Shown: in pieces, positions 8,932 to 16,742 of the stretch
Position numbering within the stretch: the stretch's first letter is position 1
How the letters are laid out: every line of letters starts with the position of its first letter
Source: Nitrosopumilus maritimus SCM1
GTDB taxonomy: Archaea; Thermoproteota; Nitrososphaeria; Nitrososphaerales; Nitrosopumilaceae
NCBI RefSeq assembly: GCF_000018465.1
Contig: NC_010085.1
Span: 600,001 to 632,000, forward strand
DNA: 32,000 nucleotides
Direction of reading: 5' to 3'
The notes under the pieces: model-generated
Told to the model about the DNA's origin: nothing
The model's input: the letters and a program-made list of their open reading frames with translations, nothing else
The model's database searches: none
Position numbers and translations under genes: made by a program

Positions 8932-9657
8932 TTGGAAATCATACCTATTCATATTGAAAAAGAGATTGAACCTTCAGATGATCTTTCAGAATTGATCATC
9001 TCTTCAAATCAAATCCAAGATGGAGATGTCATAGTAATTGCTCAAAAAATAATTTCAAAACAAGAGAGACGTCTAGTTGAATTGTCTACTGTAAAGCCTT
9101 CATTGCTTTCTGAAGGAATTAGTTCACAATATCAAAAAGATCCTCGTATTACTGAATTAATTCTATCTGAATCAAAACGAATCATTCGTATGAAAAATGG
9201 AATTTTAATTGTTGAAACAAATGATGGTACAATTTGTGCTAATGCTGGCATTGATGAGAGTAATGTAAAAGATGGATTTGCAACCCTGTTGCCATTGGAT
9301 TCAGACAAATCTGCCAAAAACATACGTGAAAAAATTTTCAAACATACAAACAAAGATGTTGCAGTGATAATTTCTGATACATTTGGTCGTCCATTTAGAT
9401 TGGGACAAACAAATTGCGCTATAGGAATTTCAGGATTGTCACCTATAATTGACTATGAGGGAACTCAAGATACATTTGGAAAAACTTTACGTGTTACTGC
9501 AATTGCAATTGCTGATGAACTCTCAGCAGCATCTGAATTAGTTATGGGCAAAACATTGAAAACCCCTGTAGCAATAATTCGAGATTGTTCGTTTCCAAAA
9601 GGTGAACAAGGAATCAGTGAATTAATCCGTGCGGAAGATGAAGATCTTTTTAGATAA
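8932..9657 (+). CDS. cofE: Coenzyme F420-0:L-glutamate ligase
   Basis: 241 aa. Contains 'VIAQKIISKQERR' and the highly characteristic 'ICANAGIDESNV'. The track start is TTG. Confidence 0.85.
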   Translation: MEIIPIHIEKEIEPSDDLSELIISSNQIQDGDVIVIAQKIISKQERRLVELSTVKPSLLSEGISSQYQKDPRITELILSESKRIIRMKNGILIVETNDGTICANAGIDESNVKDGFATLLPLDSDKSAKNIREKIFKHTNKDVAVIISDTFGRPFRLGQTNCAIGISGLSPIIDYEGTQDTFGKTLRVTAIAIADELSAASELVMGKTLKTPVAIIRDCSFPKGEQGISELIRAEDEDLFR

Positions 9658-9707
9658 TTTTTTGTTTTGATTCCATAAGATTATTACCTAAAGACAAAAA
9701 ATTTCAT

Positions 9708-10628
9708 TTGAAAATGCCAATAAATGCTGAATTACATTGTCATAATTCTTTTTCAAATTTTCATGTAGGTCATGATGAACCTCCTTATGATTGTGATATC
9801 ACTATACGAGATCAACTTGAGCGATCATATCGTTTGGGATTAGATGCAATTTTTGTTACTAATCATAATACTCTGGATGGATACCGTCAATTGTTAGAAT
9901 ACAAAAATAATCATTCCAAATTCAAAAACATCGATGTTTTTCCGGCAGAAGAAATCACCACTGATACTGGTGCTCATGTTTTAGCTTATGGAATTCATGA
10001 TGTGATCTCACCTGGCCTTTCTCTTGAGGAAGTAATAGATGAAGTTAGAAAACAAGGTGGAGTGTCGTCTGCTCCTCATCCATTTAGTTTACTTGATGCA
10101 CTACGTGACAGTGCCAAAAAATGTGACATGGTGGAGGTCTTTAACAGCAATAATGTTGATATTCTATCTAATGCTCGTGCAACAAAATTTGCTTTGGATA
10201 ATAACATGATTCAAGTTGCAGGGAGTGATTCCCATGTTTTATCAACACTTGGAAGATGTGTCAATGTAATTGATTCTGAAAATAATCTAGATGATATTTT
10301 ATTTGCTATGAAACATGGGAAAATAGAAATTTCTCAAACAGGTTATGCTCATCAAGCTGAAACACTTGACCATTTGCGATACAAAATTAATAATTCCAAA
10401 GAATATTTGATTGATTATATTTCTGAACACTATCCAAATGCAAAATGGCTTTTGACATTGTTATTGAGAATTTACGATTCCAATCAAAATAGTCACATGT
10501 GGGCACTTTTTTACAAAATTGCAATTTATTTGATGAAGAGAATTTCTCATAAAATCAATTTCCAGAATCAAGATCCAAGTTTCATGAAAGACAGAAATCT
10601 TGCAACCATGTTCAAAATGGCACTGTAA
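9708..10628 (+). CDS. PHP-domain metal-dependent phosphoesterase
   Basis: 306 aa. Contains 'AELHCHNSFSN' (H-x-H), 'IFVTNHNT', 'APHPF' and 'GSDSH'. ATG at 9714 is an alternative start. Confidence 0.7.
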   Translation: MKMPINAELHCHNSFSNFHVGHDEPPYDCDITIRDQLERSYRLGLDAIFVTNHNTLDGYRQLLEYKNNHSKFKNIDVFPAEEITTDTGAHVLAYGIHDVISPGLSLEEVIDEVRKQGGVSSAPHPFSLLDALRDSAKKCDMVEVFNSNNVDILSNARATKFALDNNMIQVAGSDSHVLSTLGRCVNVIDSENNLDDILFAMKHGKIEISQTGYAHQAETLDHLRYKINNSKEYLIDYISEHYPNAKWLLTLLLRIYDSNQNSHMWALFYKIAIYLMKRISHKINFQNQDPSFMKDRNLATMFKMAL

Positions 10629-10695
10629 GCAATAATTAATCTAAAAAACTCAAATAGCTTTTAATATGACAGAACGTCCTTTTTCAGTTAGTTAA

Positions 10696-10932
10696 ATGTC
10701 CGAATCAACAGAAAAAAAATTAGATGCAACTGGATTATTTTGTCCAGAACCTGTATTCAGAACTAAAATTGAAATTGAAAGGATGCAAGTCGGTGAAACA
10801 TTAACAGTTTCTGCTGATGATCCTGCAGCTGAAGATGATATCTCTAGATGGGTAACAAGACAAGGTCATGAATTACTTGACATGTCTAAAAATGGAGATG
10901 TAATTACATTTCAAATTAAAAAGGTGAAATAA
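10696..10932 (+). CDS. TusA/SirA-family sulfur-carrier protein
   Basis: 78 aa. Contains 'LDATGLFCPEPVFRTK' with the conserved C-P-x-P persulfide-carrying Cys motif. It ends 8 nt upstream of the cysteine synthase gene. Confidence 0.75.
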   Translation: MSESTEKKLDATGLFCPEPVFRTKIEIERMQVGETLTVSADDPAAEDDISRWVTRQGHELLDMSKNGDVITFQIKKVK

Positions 10933-10940
10933 CCAAAATT

Positions 10941-11933
10941 ATGACTACTGTAACTGACACAGATGTTTTGAATCGTGTAGGTAACACTCCTCTTGTAAAA
11001 TTAGATTCCCTTTCACATGATAATGTGGATTATTTTGCAAAATTGGAAGGTCATAATCCATTTGGTTCTGTAAAAGACAGAGCTGCATACTGGATGATAA
11101 AAGATGGCGAAGAAAAAGGAATTCTGACAAAAGGTAAGAGCATTATCATAGAACCAACTTCTGGAAATACTGGAATTGCTTTAACTGGAATTGCAAATTT
11201 GTTGGGATACAAAGTTGAGATTGTTATTCCTGAAAAGGCAAGTAATGAAACTAAAGATATTATTCGAAATTTGGGCGCCAAAGTCTTTGAAACAAGTGAT
11301 GATTTATGTCCTAAAGTTGGTGCGGGAACTGATCAAAGTATCGCACTTGCAACTTCTATTGCATCCTCAAGACCTGATACCTATTATTCTCCAAATCAAT
11401 ACGCTAATGAAGCAAACTTCAAAGGTCATTACATTGGAACAGGACCTGAAATTTGGAGACAAACTGAGGGTAAAGTGACTCATTTCTTTACTGGTGTGGG
11501 TACTGGTGGAACAATTACTGGTATTGGTGCATTTCTTAAAGAAAAAAACCCTGATGTGAAAATTATTGGATGTCAACCCCAACAAAACCACCTCATTCAA
11601 GGATGGAGAAACTTTGAAGAATCTGCAAAACCTGATTTATTTTTGAAGAGAGAAAATGTTGTTGATGATTGGGTTTCTGTTGATAATGACGAAGCATTCT
11701 CTGTTGTAAAGGATGTTTTTGAAAAAGATCAACTTTTGATTAGCCCTTCATCTGCTGCAGTCTATGCTTGTATGAAAAAATATCCTATTGAAGGAGATGC
11801 ATGTGTTGTTGGAATTTTTGCTGATGATGGCCGAAAATTCAAGAGTGTTTATGCTAAACAAAATGTAATGCCTGAAGAAAGTTTTGAAAATTGTCTTAAG
11901 GACGCAAAACACATGTCAGAATTAGCATACTAG
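10941..11933 (+). CDS. Cysteine synthase family PLP enzyme (O-acetyl/O-phosphoserine sulfhydrylase)
   Basis: 330 aa. Contains the PLP-Lys motif 'GSVKDRAAYWMI', plus 'EPTSGNTGIAL' and 'GVGTGGTITG'. Confidence 0.85.
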   Translation: MTTVTDTDVLNRVGNTPLVKLDSLSHDNVDYFAKLEGHNPFGSVKDRAAYWMIKDGEEKGILTKGKSIIIEPTSGNTGIALTGIANLLGYKVEIVIPEKASNETKDIIRNLGAKVFETSDDLCPKVGAGTDQSIALATSIASSRPDTYYSPNQYANEANFKGHYIGTGPEIWRQTEGKVTHFFTGVGTGGTITGIGAFLKEKNPDVKIIGCQPQQNHLIQGWRNFEESAKPDLFLKRENVVDDWVSVDNDEAFSVVKDVFEKDQLLISPSSAAVYACMKKYPIEGDACVVGIFADDGRKFKSVYAKQNVMPEESFENCLKDAKHMSELAY

Positions 11934-12407
11934 TTATTCTAAAATATTTTTCAAGTGTTTTTCATAAAAATCTCTAAAATATGAATTCATATCTCTTTCA
12001 TGATGTAGACATTTATCACTTTGATCTGTAATGTTGTTTTTTATTTCTCTGCTCCATTGACTTTGTTGTCTGTCTTTAGAGTTGATGATTGTAGGGTTCT
12101 CTTCAATTTTTTGCATGATATCTATCAATGATGATGACAATTGTCGGAATTTGCTAATCTGTAAAAGAAATCTTTCTGATTCCTCCTTGTCTGCAATTTT
12201 CATTAATGAGAATACTTGATTGTAATATTCTAAAGCTTTTTTGTTATATTCTTCAAAATTCTTGATTCTTTTTTGCCAATATTCTTTTGATGTTTTTTCT
12301 TCTACTTTGTAGCTAAATTGAATTTTGCTTAATTCCATGCCTAATTTTGCTAGTTTATCACTATGTTCCTTCATGGTTTTTTGACTATTTTCTATCTCGT
12401 CAGTCAT
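11934..12407 (-). CDS. Hypothetical helical/coiled-coil protein
   Basis: 157-aa ORF, K/E/Q-rich and helical-looking, with no recognised motif. It is co-directional with trxB and the 71-aa ORF. Its stop codon abuts the cysteine synthase stop (11933/11934). Confidence 0.4.
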   Translation of the reverse strand: MTDEIENSQKTMKEHSDKLAKLGMELSKIQFSYKVEEKTSKEYWQKRIKNFEEYNKKALEYYNQVFSLMKIADKEESERFLLQISKFRQLSSSLIDIMQKIEENPTIINSKDRQQSQWSREIKNNITDQSDKCLHHERDMNSYFRDFYEKHLKNILE

Positions 12408-12439
12408 GAAAATCTGTATTTTTTATTCCAATAAAGAGT

Positions 12440-12655
12440 TTAGATTTGTGATTTGTTCCAAGATTCTAAGGATTCTTTGGAATATTCCAACAGACATTTT
12501 TCACAAAATGAATCCCATTCTCCAATTCCATTCTTTTTGAAATAATCTAATGACCATTTGTATGGTGGTTTTTCTCTGTATTGAAATTGCTGAATCGTAT
12601 AGATTTCTTTTTCAAAAAATTTGTTTAAGCATTTTTTGCATTGTGCATTTTTCAT
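12440..12655 (-). CDS. Small double-CxxC protein, translationally coupled to trxB
   Basis: 71 aa. 'CKKC' (res 6-9) and 'CEKC' (res 51-54) lie about 40 aa apart. Its ATG overlaps the trxB TGA (ATGA at 12652-12655). Confidence 0.45.
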   Translation of the reverse strand: MKNAQCKKCLNKFFEKEIYTIQQFQYREKPPYKWSLDYFKKNGIGEWDSFCEKCLLEYSKESLESWNKSQI

Positions 12656-13656
12656 TCTTGATTATCTGCACTTTCTGTTAGATATTTATCTACATCAATT
12701 GCTGCCATACAACCATAACCTGCAGCTGTAATTGCCTGTCTGTAACTTCTATCATGTACATCACCTGCAGCAAAAACACCTTCAACATTTGTATGTGTTT
12801 TATTTTTCAGTACAACATACCCCTCATCATCTAAATCAATTTGATTTTTGAATAATTTTGTATTTGGTTCGTGTCCAATTGCGACAAAGAGGCCTCCTAC
12901 ATCTAATGTTGATTCTTCATTTGTTTTTAGATTTTTTAAAACTGCTTGTTGCATTTTTTGATCACCTTTAATGTCAACTACTGCTGAATCCCAATGGAAT
13001 TTTATTTTTTCATTACTATGTGCTCTGTCTTGCATTACTTTGCTTGCACGTAACTCATCTCTTCTGTGAACCAAATGTACAGTTGTTGCAAATTTTGTAA
13101 GAAAAGTTGCTTCTTCTACTGCAGAATCTCCTCCTCCAACTACTACTAACTCTTGATTTCTAAAGAATGGTCCATCACATGTTGCACAATAAGATACTCC
13201 TTTTCCTCCAAAAGTCTCTTCCCCCTCTAATCCAAGTTTTCTGGGATTTGCACCTGTTGCAATAATAATTGCCCGGCCTTCATATTCTTCAGATGCTGTC
13301 AACACTTTGAGTGGTTTTCGCCTAAAATCTACATCTACGGCCTCATCATCTACAATGGTTGTTCCCATTCTTTGACACTGTTTTCTCATTTCTATCATTA
13401 AATCTGGACCCATGATTCCGTTTTCAAATCCTGGATAGTTCTCAACTTCAGTTGTATTGACAAGTTGGCCTCCAGGTAATATCCCTGATAAAATTAAGGT
13501 GTCATATCCTGCTCTGGAACAATAAATTCCAGCTGTATAACCAGAAGGACCTGCACCAATAATCACAACATCAAATTTTGTTTTTTTCTTATCTGGCATT
13601 TTTGGACCGTCGTCTTTTGATTCTAGAACTGTAGAACCAGCATCTGCTGCCATCAT
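12652..13656 (-). CDS. trxB: Thioredoxin reductase (low-Mr type)
   Basis: 334 aa. Contains FAD motif 'VVIIGAGPSGYTAG', redox centre 'CATCDG', NADPH motif 'VVVGGGDSAVEEA' and 'FAAGDV'. It carries an N-terminal extension of about 25 aa. Confidence 0.9.
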   Translation of the reverse strand: MMAADAGSTVLESKDDGPKMPDKKKTKFDVVIIGAGPSGYTAGIYCSRAGYDTLILSGILPGGQLVNTTEVENYPGFENGIMGPDLMIEMRKQCQRMGTTIVDDEAVDVDFRRKPLKVLTASEEYEGRAIIIATGANPRKLGLEGEETFGGKGVSYCATCDGPFFRNQELVVVGGGDSAVEEATFLTKFATTVHLVHRRDELRASKVMQDRAHSNEKIKFHWDSAVVDIKGDQKMQQAVLKNLKTNEESTLDVGGLFVAIGHEPNTKLFKNQIDLDDEGYVVLKNKTHTNVEGVFAAGDVHDRSYRQAITAAGYGCMAAIDVDKYLTESADNQE

Positions 13657-13706
13657 GATAACTCATCTTTTAATTTCAATAATTTAAGTGAATATCCTTT
13701 TTTTGA

Positions 13707-14204
13707 TTAATCATCTTTCATTCTCATAAGAATCTGGTCACATATTTTGCGCATTTGAGAATCAGATCCCACACTAGAAATTCTTACAATATCTGTGGTG
13801 GTAATGATCCCTACAATTTCCTCATCTTCTATAACTGGTAGCTTATGTATTGATTTTTCTTTCATAATTTCTGCTGCTTCCCAAATTGTACTCTCTGATT
13901 TTATTGTAATTAGTGGTGATGACATTACTTCAAAAATCTTAGTATGTGGAGTTTTTCTTTCTGCAACAATTTTTGTAACAAAATCTCTTTCTGTTACTAT
14001 TCCTAAAGTTGCAATTTTATCTACAACAATAACACATCCTACATTTTCTTCTTTCATTTTTTTTGCTACTTCTTCTAATGTTTCTGACACTTTTACCGTT
14101 AGAACGTTTTTACTCATTATTTGATTTACAAATGTATTTTCCACATATTTTTTTAGTTTGTTAACTATATGATTAGATTTCAAATTATCATTTCTGAAAA
14201 TCAA
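13707..14204 (-). CDS. CBS-domain pair protein
   Basis: 165 aa with two CBS repeats ('IMSKNVLTV...GIVTERD' and 'VMSSPLITI...GIITTTDIVR'). The track start is TTG. ATG at 14117 (Met30) is an alternative start. Confidence 0.8.
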   Translation of the reverse strand: MIFRNDNLKSNHIVNKLKKYVENTFVNQIMSKNVLTVKVSETLEEVAKKMKEENVGCVIVVDKIATLGIVTERDFVTKIVAERKTPHTKIFEVMSSPLITIKSESTIWEAAEIMKEKSIHKLPVIEDEEIVGIITTTDIVRISSVGSDSQMRKICDQILMRMKDD

Positions 14205-14221
14205 TCAAGAAAATCAAAAGG

Positions 14222-14240
14222 CCTTTTAAATTAATTATTA
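14222..14240 (+). promoter_or_regulatory. TATA-like element in the 49-bp divergent CBS/usp spacer
   Basis: 'ccttttaaattaattatta' lies about 15-30 nt upstream of the usp ATG at 14254. It would imply a leaderless or near-leaderless mRNA. Confidence 0.25.
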
Positions 14241-14253
14241 ATCAATTATTAAT

Positions 14254-14685
14254 ATGGTGATAAAAACAAAAAAAATCTTAGTTCCTCTAGATGGTTCTAA
14301 AAACTCAATTCGTGGTTTAGATATGGCCATTCATTTAGCAAGACAATCTCAGGGTGTAATCGTTGGATTATCTGTAAAATCTGTGCCTGGAATTTATGCT
14401 ATTCACCCTTTAGGTTTTTTAGATTTTAATACTTCAAAAGAAATGAAACAAATCCTTGATGATGCAAAATTACGCGCAGCAAAAAAAGGAATTAAATTAA
14501 TTTCAAAAAAATTATCTGGTGATCCTGGATATGATATTGCTAGATTTACAAATAATAAAAAAAATGGAATTGATTTAGTAGTTATCGGTGCTCGTGGAAG
14601 AAGTTCTGCAAAAGAGCTTTTTTTGGGCAGTGTTTCAAATTATGTGTTACATAAATCCAAAAAACCGGTACTTGTTGTGAAATGA
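14254..14685 (+). CDS. Universal stress protein (UspA family)
   Basis: 143 aa. Contains 'KILVPLDGSKNS', 'DLVVIGARGRS' and 'FLGSVSNYVLHKSKKPVLVV'. Confidence 0.8.
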   Translation: MVIKTKKILVPLDGSKNSIRGLDMAIHLARQSQGVIVGLSVKSVPGIYAIHPLGFLDFNTSKEMKQILDDAKLRAAKKGIKLISKKLSGDPGYDIARFTNNKKNGIDLVVIGARGRSSAKELFLGSVSNYVLHKSKKPVLVVK

Positions 14686-15029
14686 CTGAAGTTCCATTAT
14701 ACATTACTGGATTATCAAAAGATGATCTTGCTAACCAAACTCTCTTCTCAAAATTTGGTGCCGCTCTTGAGAAAGTTCAACCAGTACTACCTGATGTTAT
14801 TGAAGCAAAAATTGATGTCAAGACTCAAAATATTGAAGGTGCTAGAACACATTATGATGTTACTGCTACAATAAAGGCCTCCAAAAATCATCTTGTCTAT
14901 ACTGAATCTGATTGGGATATAATCAAAATTGCTGATGAGTTATGTAGAAAACTTGAACGCGAATTATCTAAACATGATGACAAACGTCAAAGAGACAGTG
15001 TTCGAAAAAGAGATGTTAGGAATCTCTAA
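14682..15029 (+). CDS. HPF/RaiA (ribosomal S30AE)-like putative ribosome hibernation factor
   Basis: 115 aa. The layout is collinear with E. coli HPF/YfiA as recalled: beta1 'LYITG', helix 'FSKFGAALEKV', a beta-hairpin 'IEAKIDVK...HYDVTATI', and a C-terminal helix 'IIKIADELCRKLERELSKHDDK' (cf. 'AINELINKLERQLNK'). It overlaps the usp stop (ATGA). Confidence 0.55.
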   Translation: MTEVPLYITGLSKDDLANQTLFSKFGAALEKVQPVLPDVIEAKIDVKTQNIEGARTHYDVTATIKASKNHLVYTESDWDIIKIADELCRKLERELSKHDDKRQRDSVRKRDVRNL

Positions 15030-15046
15030 TAGTGAAAGAATAGCAT

Positions 15047-15958
15047 GTGATGTGTTTGATTTCAATTGTAGGTACTGGTAGGGTTGGTGCATCTATTGCA
15101 TTTCTTTGTGTATCAAATGGCTTAGATGATGTATTGTTGGTAAACACTACTAAAGAGAAAGCCATTGGTGAATCTCTAGATGTGGCAAGTGCAATTCCTG
15201 CAAATTCTAAATTTTCTATTCGTGGAACTGATGATTATTCTGAATTAATAGGATCTGATATTGTTATTATTGCAGCAAGTGTTGGTATCTATACCAAACA
15301 CCGTGCTGAGAACATTGATCATCAAGTGGCAATGATAAAAAACATTGCAAAAAAAATTAAAAAATATTGCCCTTCTGCAATTGTTTTATTAGTTTCAAAT
15401 CCTCTTGATGTTTTAACTTACTTTTTTCAAAAAACAACTGGTTTTTCTAGATTCAAAGTAATTGGTATTGCATCTAGTCTTGATACAAGTAGATTTCGTT
15501 ATTATATTTCTGAAACATTATCTGTTCCACAATCTTCAGTTTCAAATGCCCTTGTTTTAGGTGAACATGGTGATTCTATGGTTCCGATCTTTTCTGGTGT
15601 TTCTGTTGGTGATAACCCTCTCTTCTCTATGATTGATAGTCGTGATACCATCACTGACAATGTACGAAATTATTGGAGAACTTTGAGAAATTTTAAGAGC
15701 AGATCTCAATTTGGTATTGCCAAAAATGTATTTGATGTAGTTGATGCTATTCGAAATAAAAAAGAAATCTCTATTCCTGCTTCAGTTGTTCTTGATGGTG
15801 AATATGATGAACACGATGTTGCGATGGGTATACCAGTAATAATTAATCAAAATGGGGTATCTGAAATACAAAAAATTAAACTTGATGATACTGAATCTTC
15901 TTCTCTCAAAAAGTCAGCTGAAAAAATTCGTAGTGACATTAAATCTGTTCATGATTGA
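15047..15958 (+). CDS. mdh: Malate dehydrogenase (LDH-like family)
   Basis: 303 aa. Contains the Rossmann motif 'ISIVGTGRVGASIAF', 'VSNPLDVLTY', and 'VLGEHGDSMVP' with the catalytic His. ATG at 15050 is the likely start. Confidence 0.85.
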   Translation: MMCLISIVGTGRVGASIAFLCVSNGLDDVLLVNTTKEKAIGESLDVASAIPANSKFSIRGTDDYSELIGSDIVIIAASVGIYTKHRAENIDHQVAMIKNIAKKIKKYCPSAIVLLVSNPLDVLTYFFQKTTGFSRFKVIGIASSLDTSRFRYYISETLSVPQSSVSNALVLGEHGDSMVPIFSGVSVGDNPLFSMIDSRDTITDNVRNYWRTLRNFKSRSQFGIAKNVFDVVDAIRNKKEISIPASVVLDGEYDEHDVAMGIPVIINQNGVSEIQKIKLDDTESSSLKKSAEKIRSDIKSVHD

Positions 15959-16719
15959 TTGATTATTTTTTCAAAACTCTCTTCATGCTTTTTACAAAAT
16001 TTCTTGTTTGTTTGTGCGTAAAGTAGTTCTTTTTGCCAGTGTGCATTATACAACCTACATTCTTTGTCTTCGCAAAATGCATCTCCTGTTTCATAATACA
16101 TAATAGCTTGTAACAGATAACTCTCTGCAACTTCTGATAGTCTTGGATCGTTATACTCTAAAAATTCTCCCTTGTATTTCTCTTTGATTTTTTCTGTATT
16201 TTCTTTGGTAAAGTTTGTCATTAATTCCAAATAGTACTCTTTAGGTTTTGCAGGTGCTTCAATTATTCCTGTCGTTGAAATTATTGTGGGATTTGTTCCA
16301 ATTAATGCCCTTGCATGATATCTAAAGTCACTTTCATCAAATGTACATGTTAGTTTGTTTGTAAAAATTATGTTTAGAATATCTTGATTGCCTTCATCTG
16401 CAGGAATAAATTTTGAAATTCTTTTCTGAAATTCAAATCCATCATAAAGAATCTTTTCTTCATTTTGTGAATTATCTGTATTTTCTTTTTCCATTTGTAT
16501 TTCTGATTCTGTTGGAATGTGACTTGAAAATGGTTTTTTTAATTCATAAATTCTTGTAGTGGCAATTTCTTGAAATAATTTTTCATTTGTGTTTTCAAAA
16601 AAGTTTTTTCGGATTTCTATCTCCACATGAAATGTTTCTTTAAGAAATTTCTCTATGTTGTTTATTTGAATTTCTGGAACTGTAGGTTCGTCATAAATGA
16701 TAATTTTACTTGTTTTCAC
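15949..16719 (-). CDS. Conserved hypothetical; archaemetzincin (peptidase M54)-like scaffold lacking the HExxH catalytic residues
   Basis: 256 aa. The C-terminal 'AIMYYETGDAFCEDKECRLYNAHWQKELLYAQTNKKFCKKH' keeps the G-x3-C-x4-C spacing and a distal C-x-x-H. The positions of HExxH...H read A,I,..Y,..F. It overlaps mdh convergently by 10 nt. Confidence 0.4.
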   Translation of the reverse strand: MKTSKIIIYDEPTVPEIQINNIEKFLKETFHVEIEIRKNFFENTNEKLFQEIATTRIYELKKPFSSHIPTESEIQMEKENTDNSQNEEKILYDGFEFQKRISKFIPADEGNQDILNIIFTNKLTCTFDESDFRYHARALIGTNPTIISTTGIIEAPAKPKEYYLELMTNFTKENTEKIKEKYKGEFLEYNDPRLSEVAESYLLQAIMYYETGDAFCEDKECRLYNAHWQKELLYAQTNKKFCKKHEESFEKIINQS

Positions 16720-16742
16720 TAGAAAAACAATGGATTGATTGC

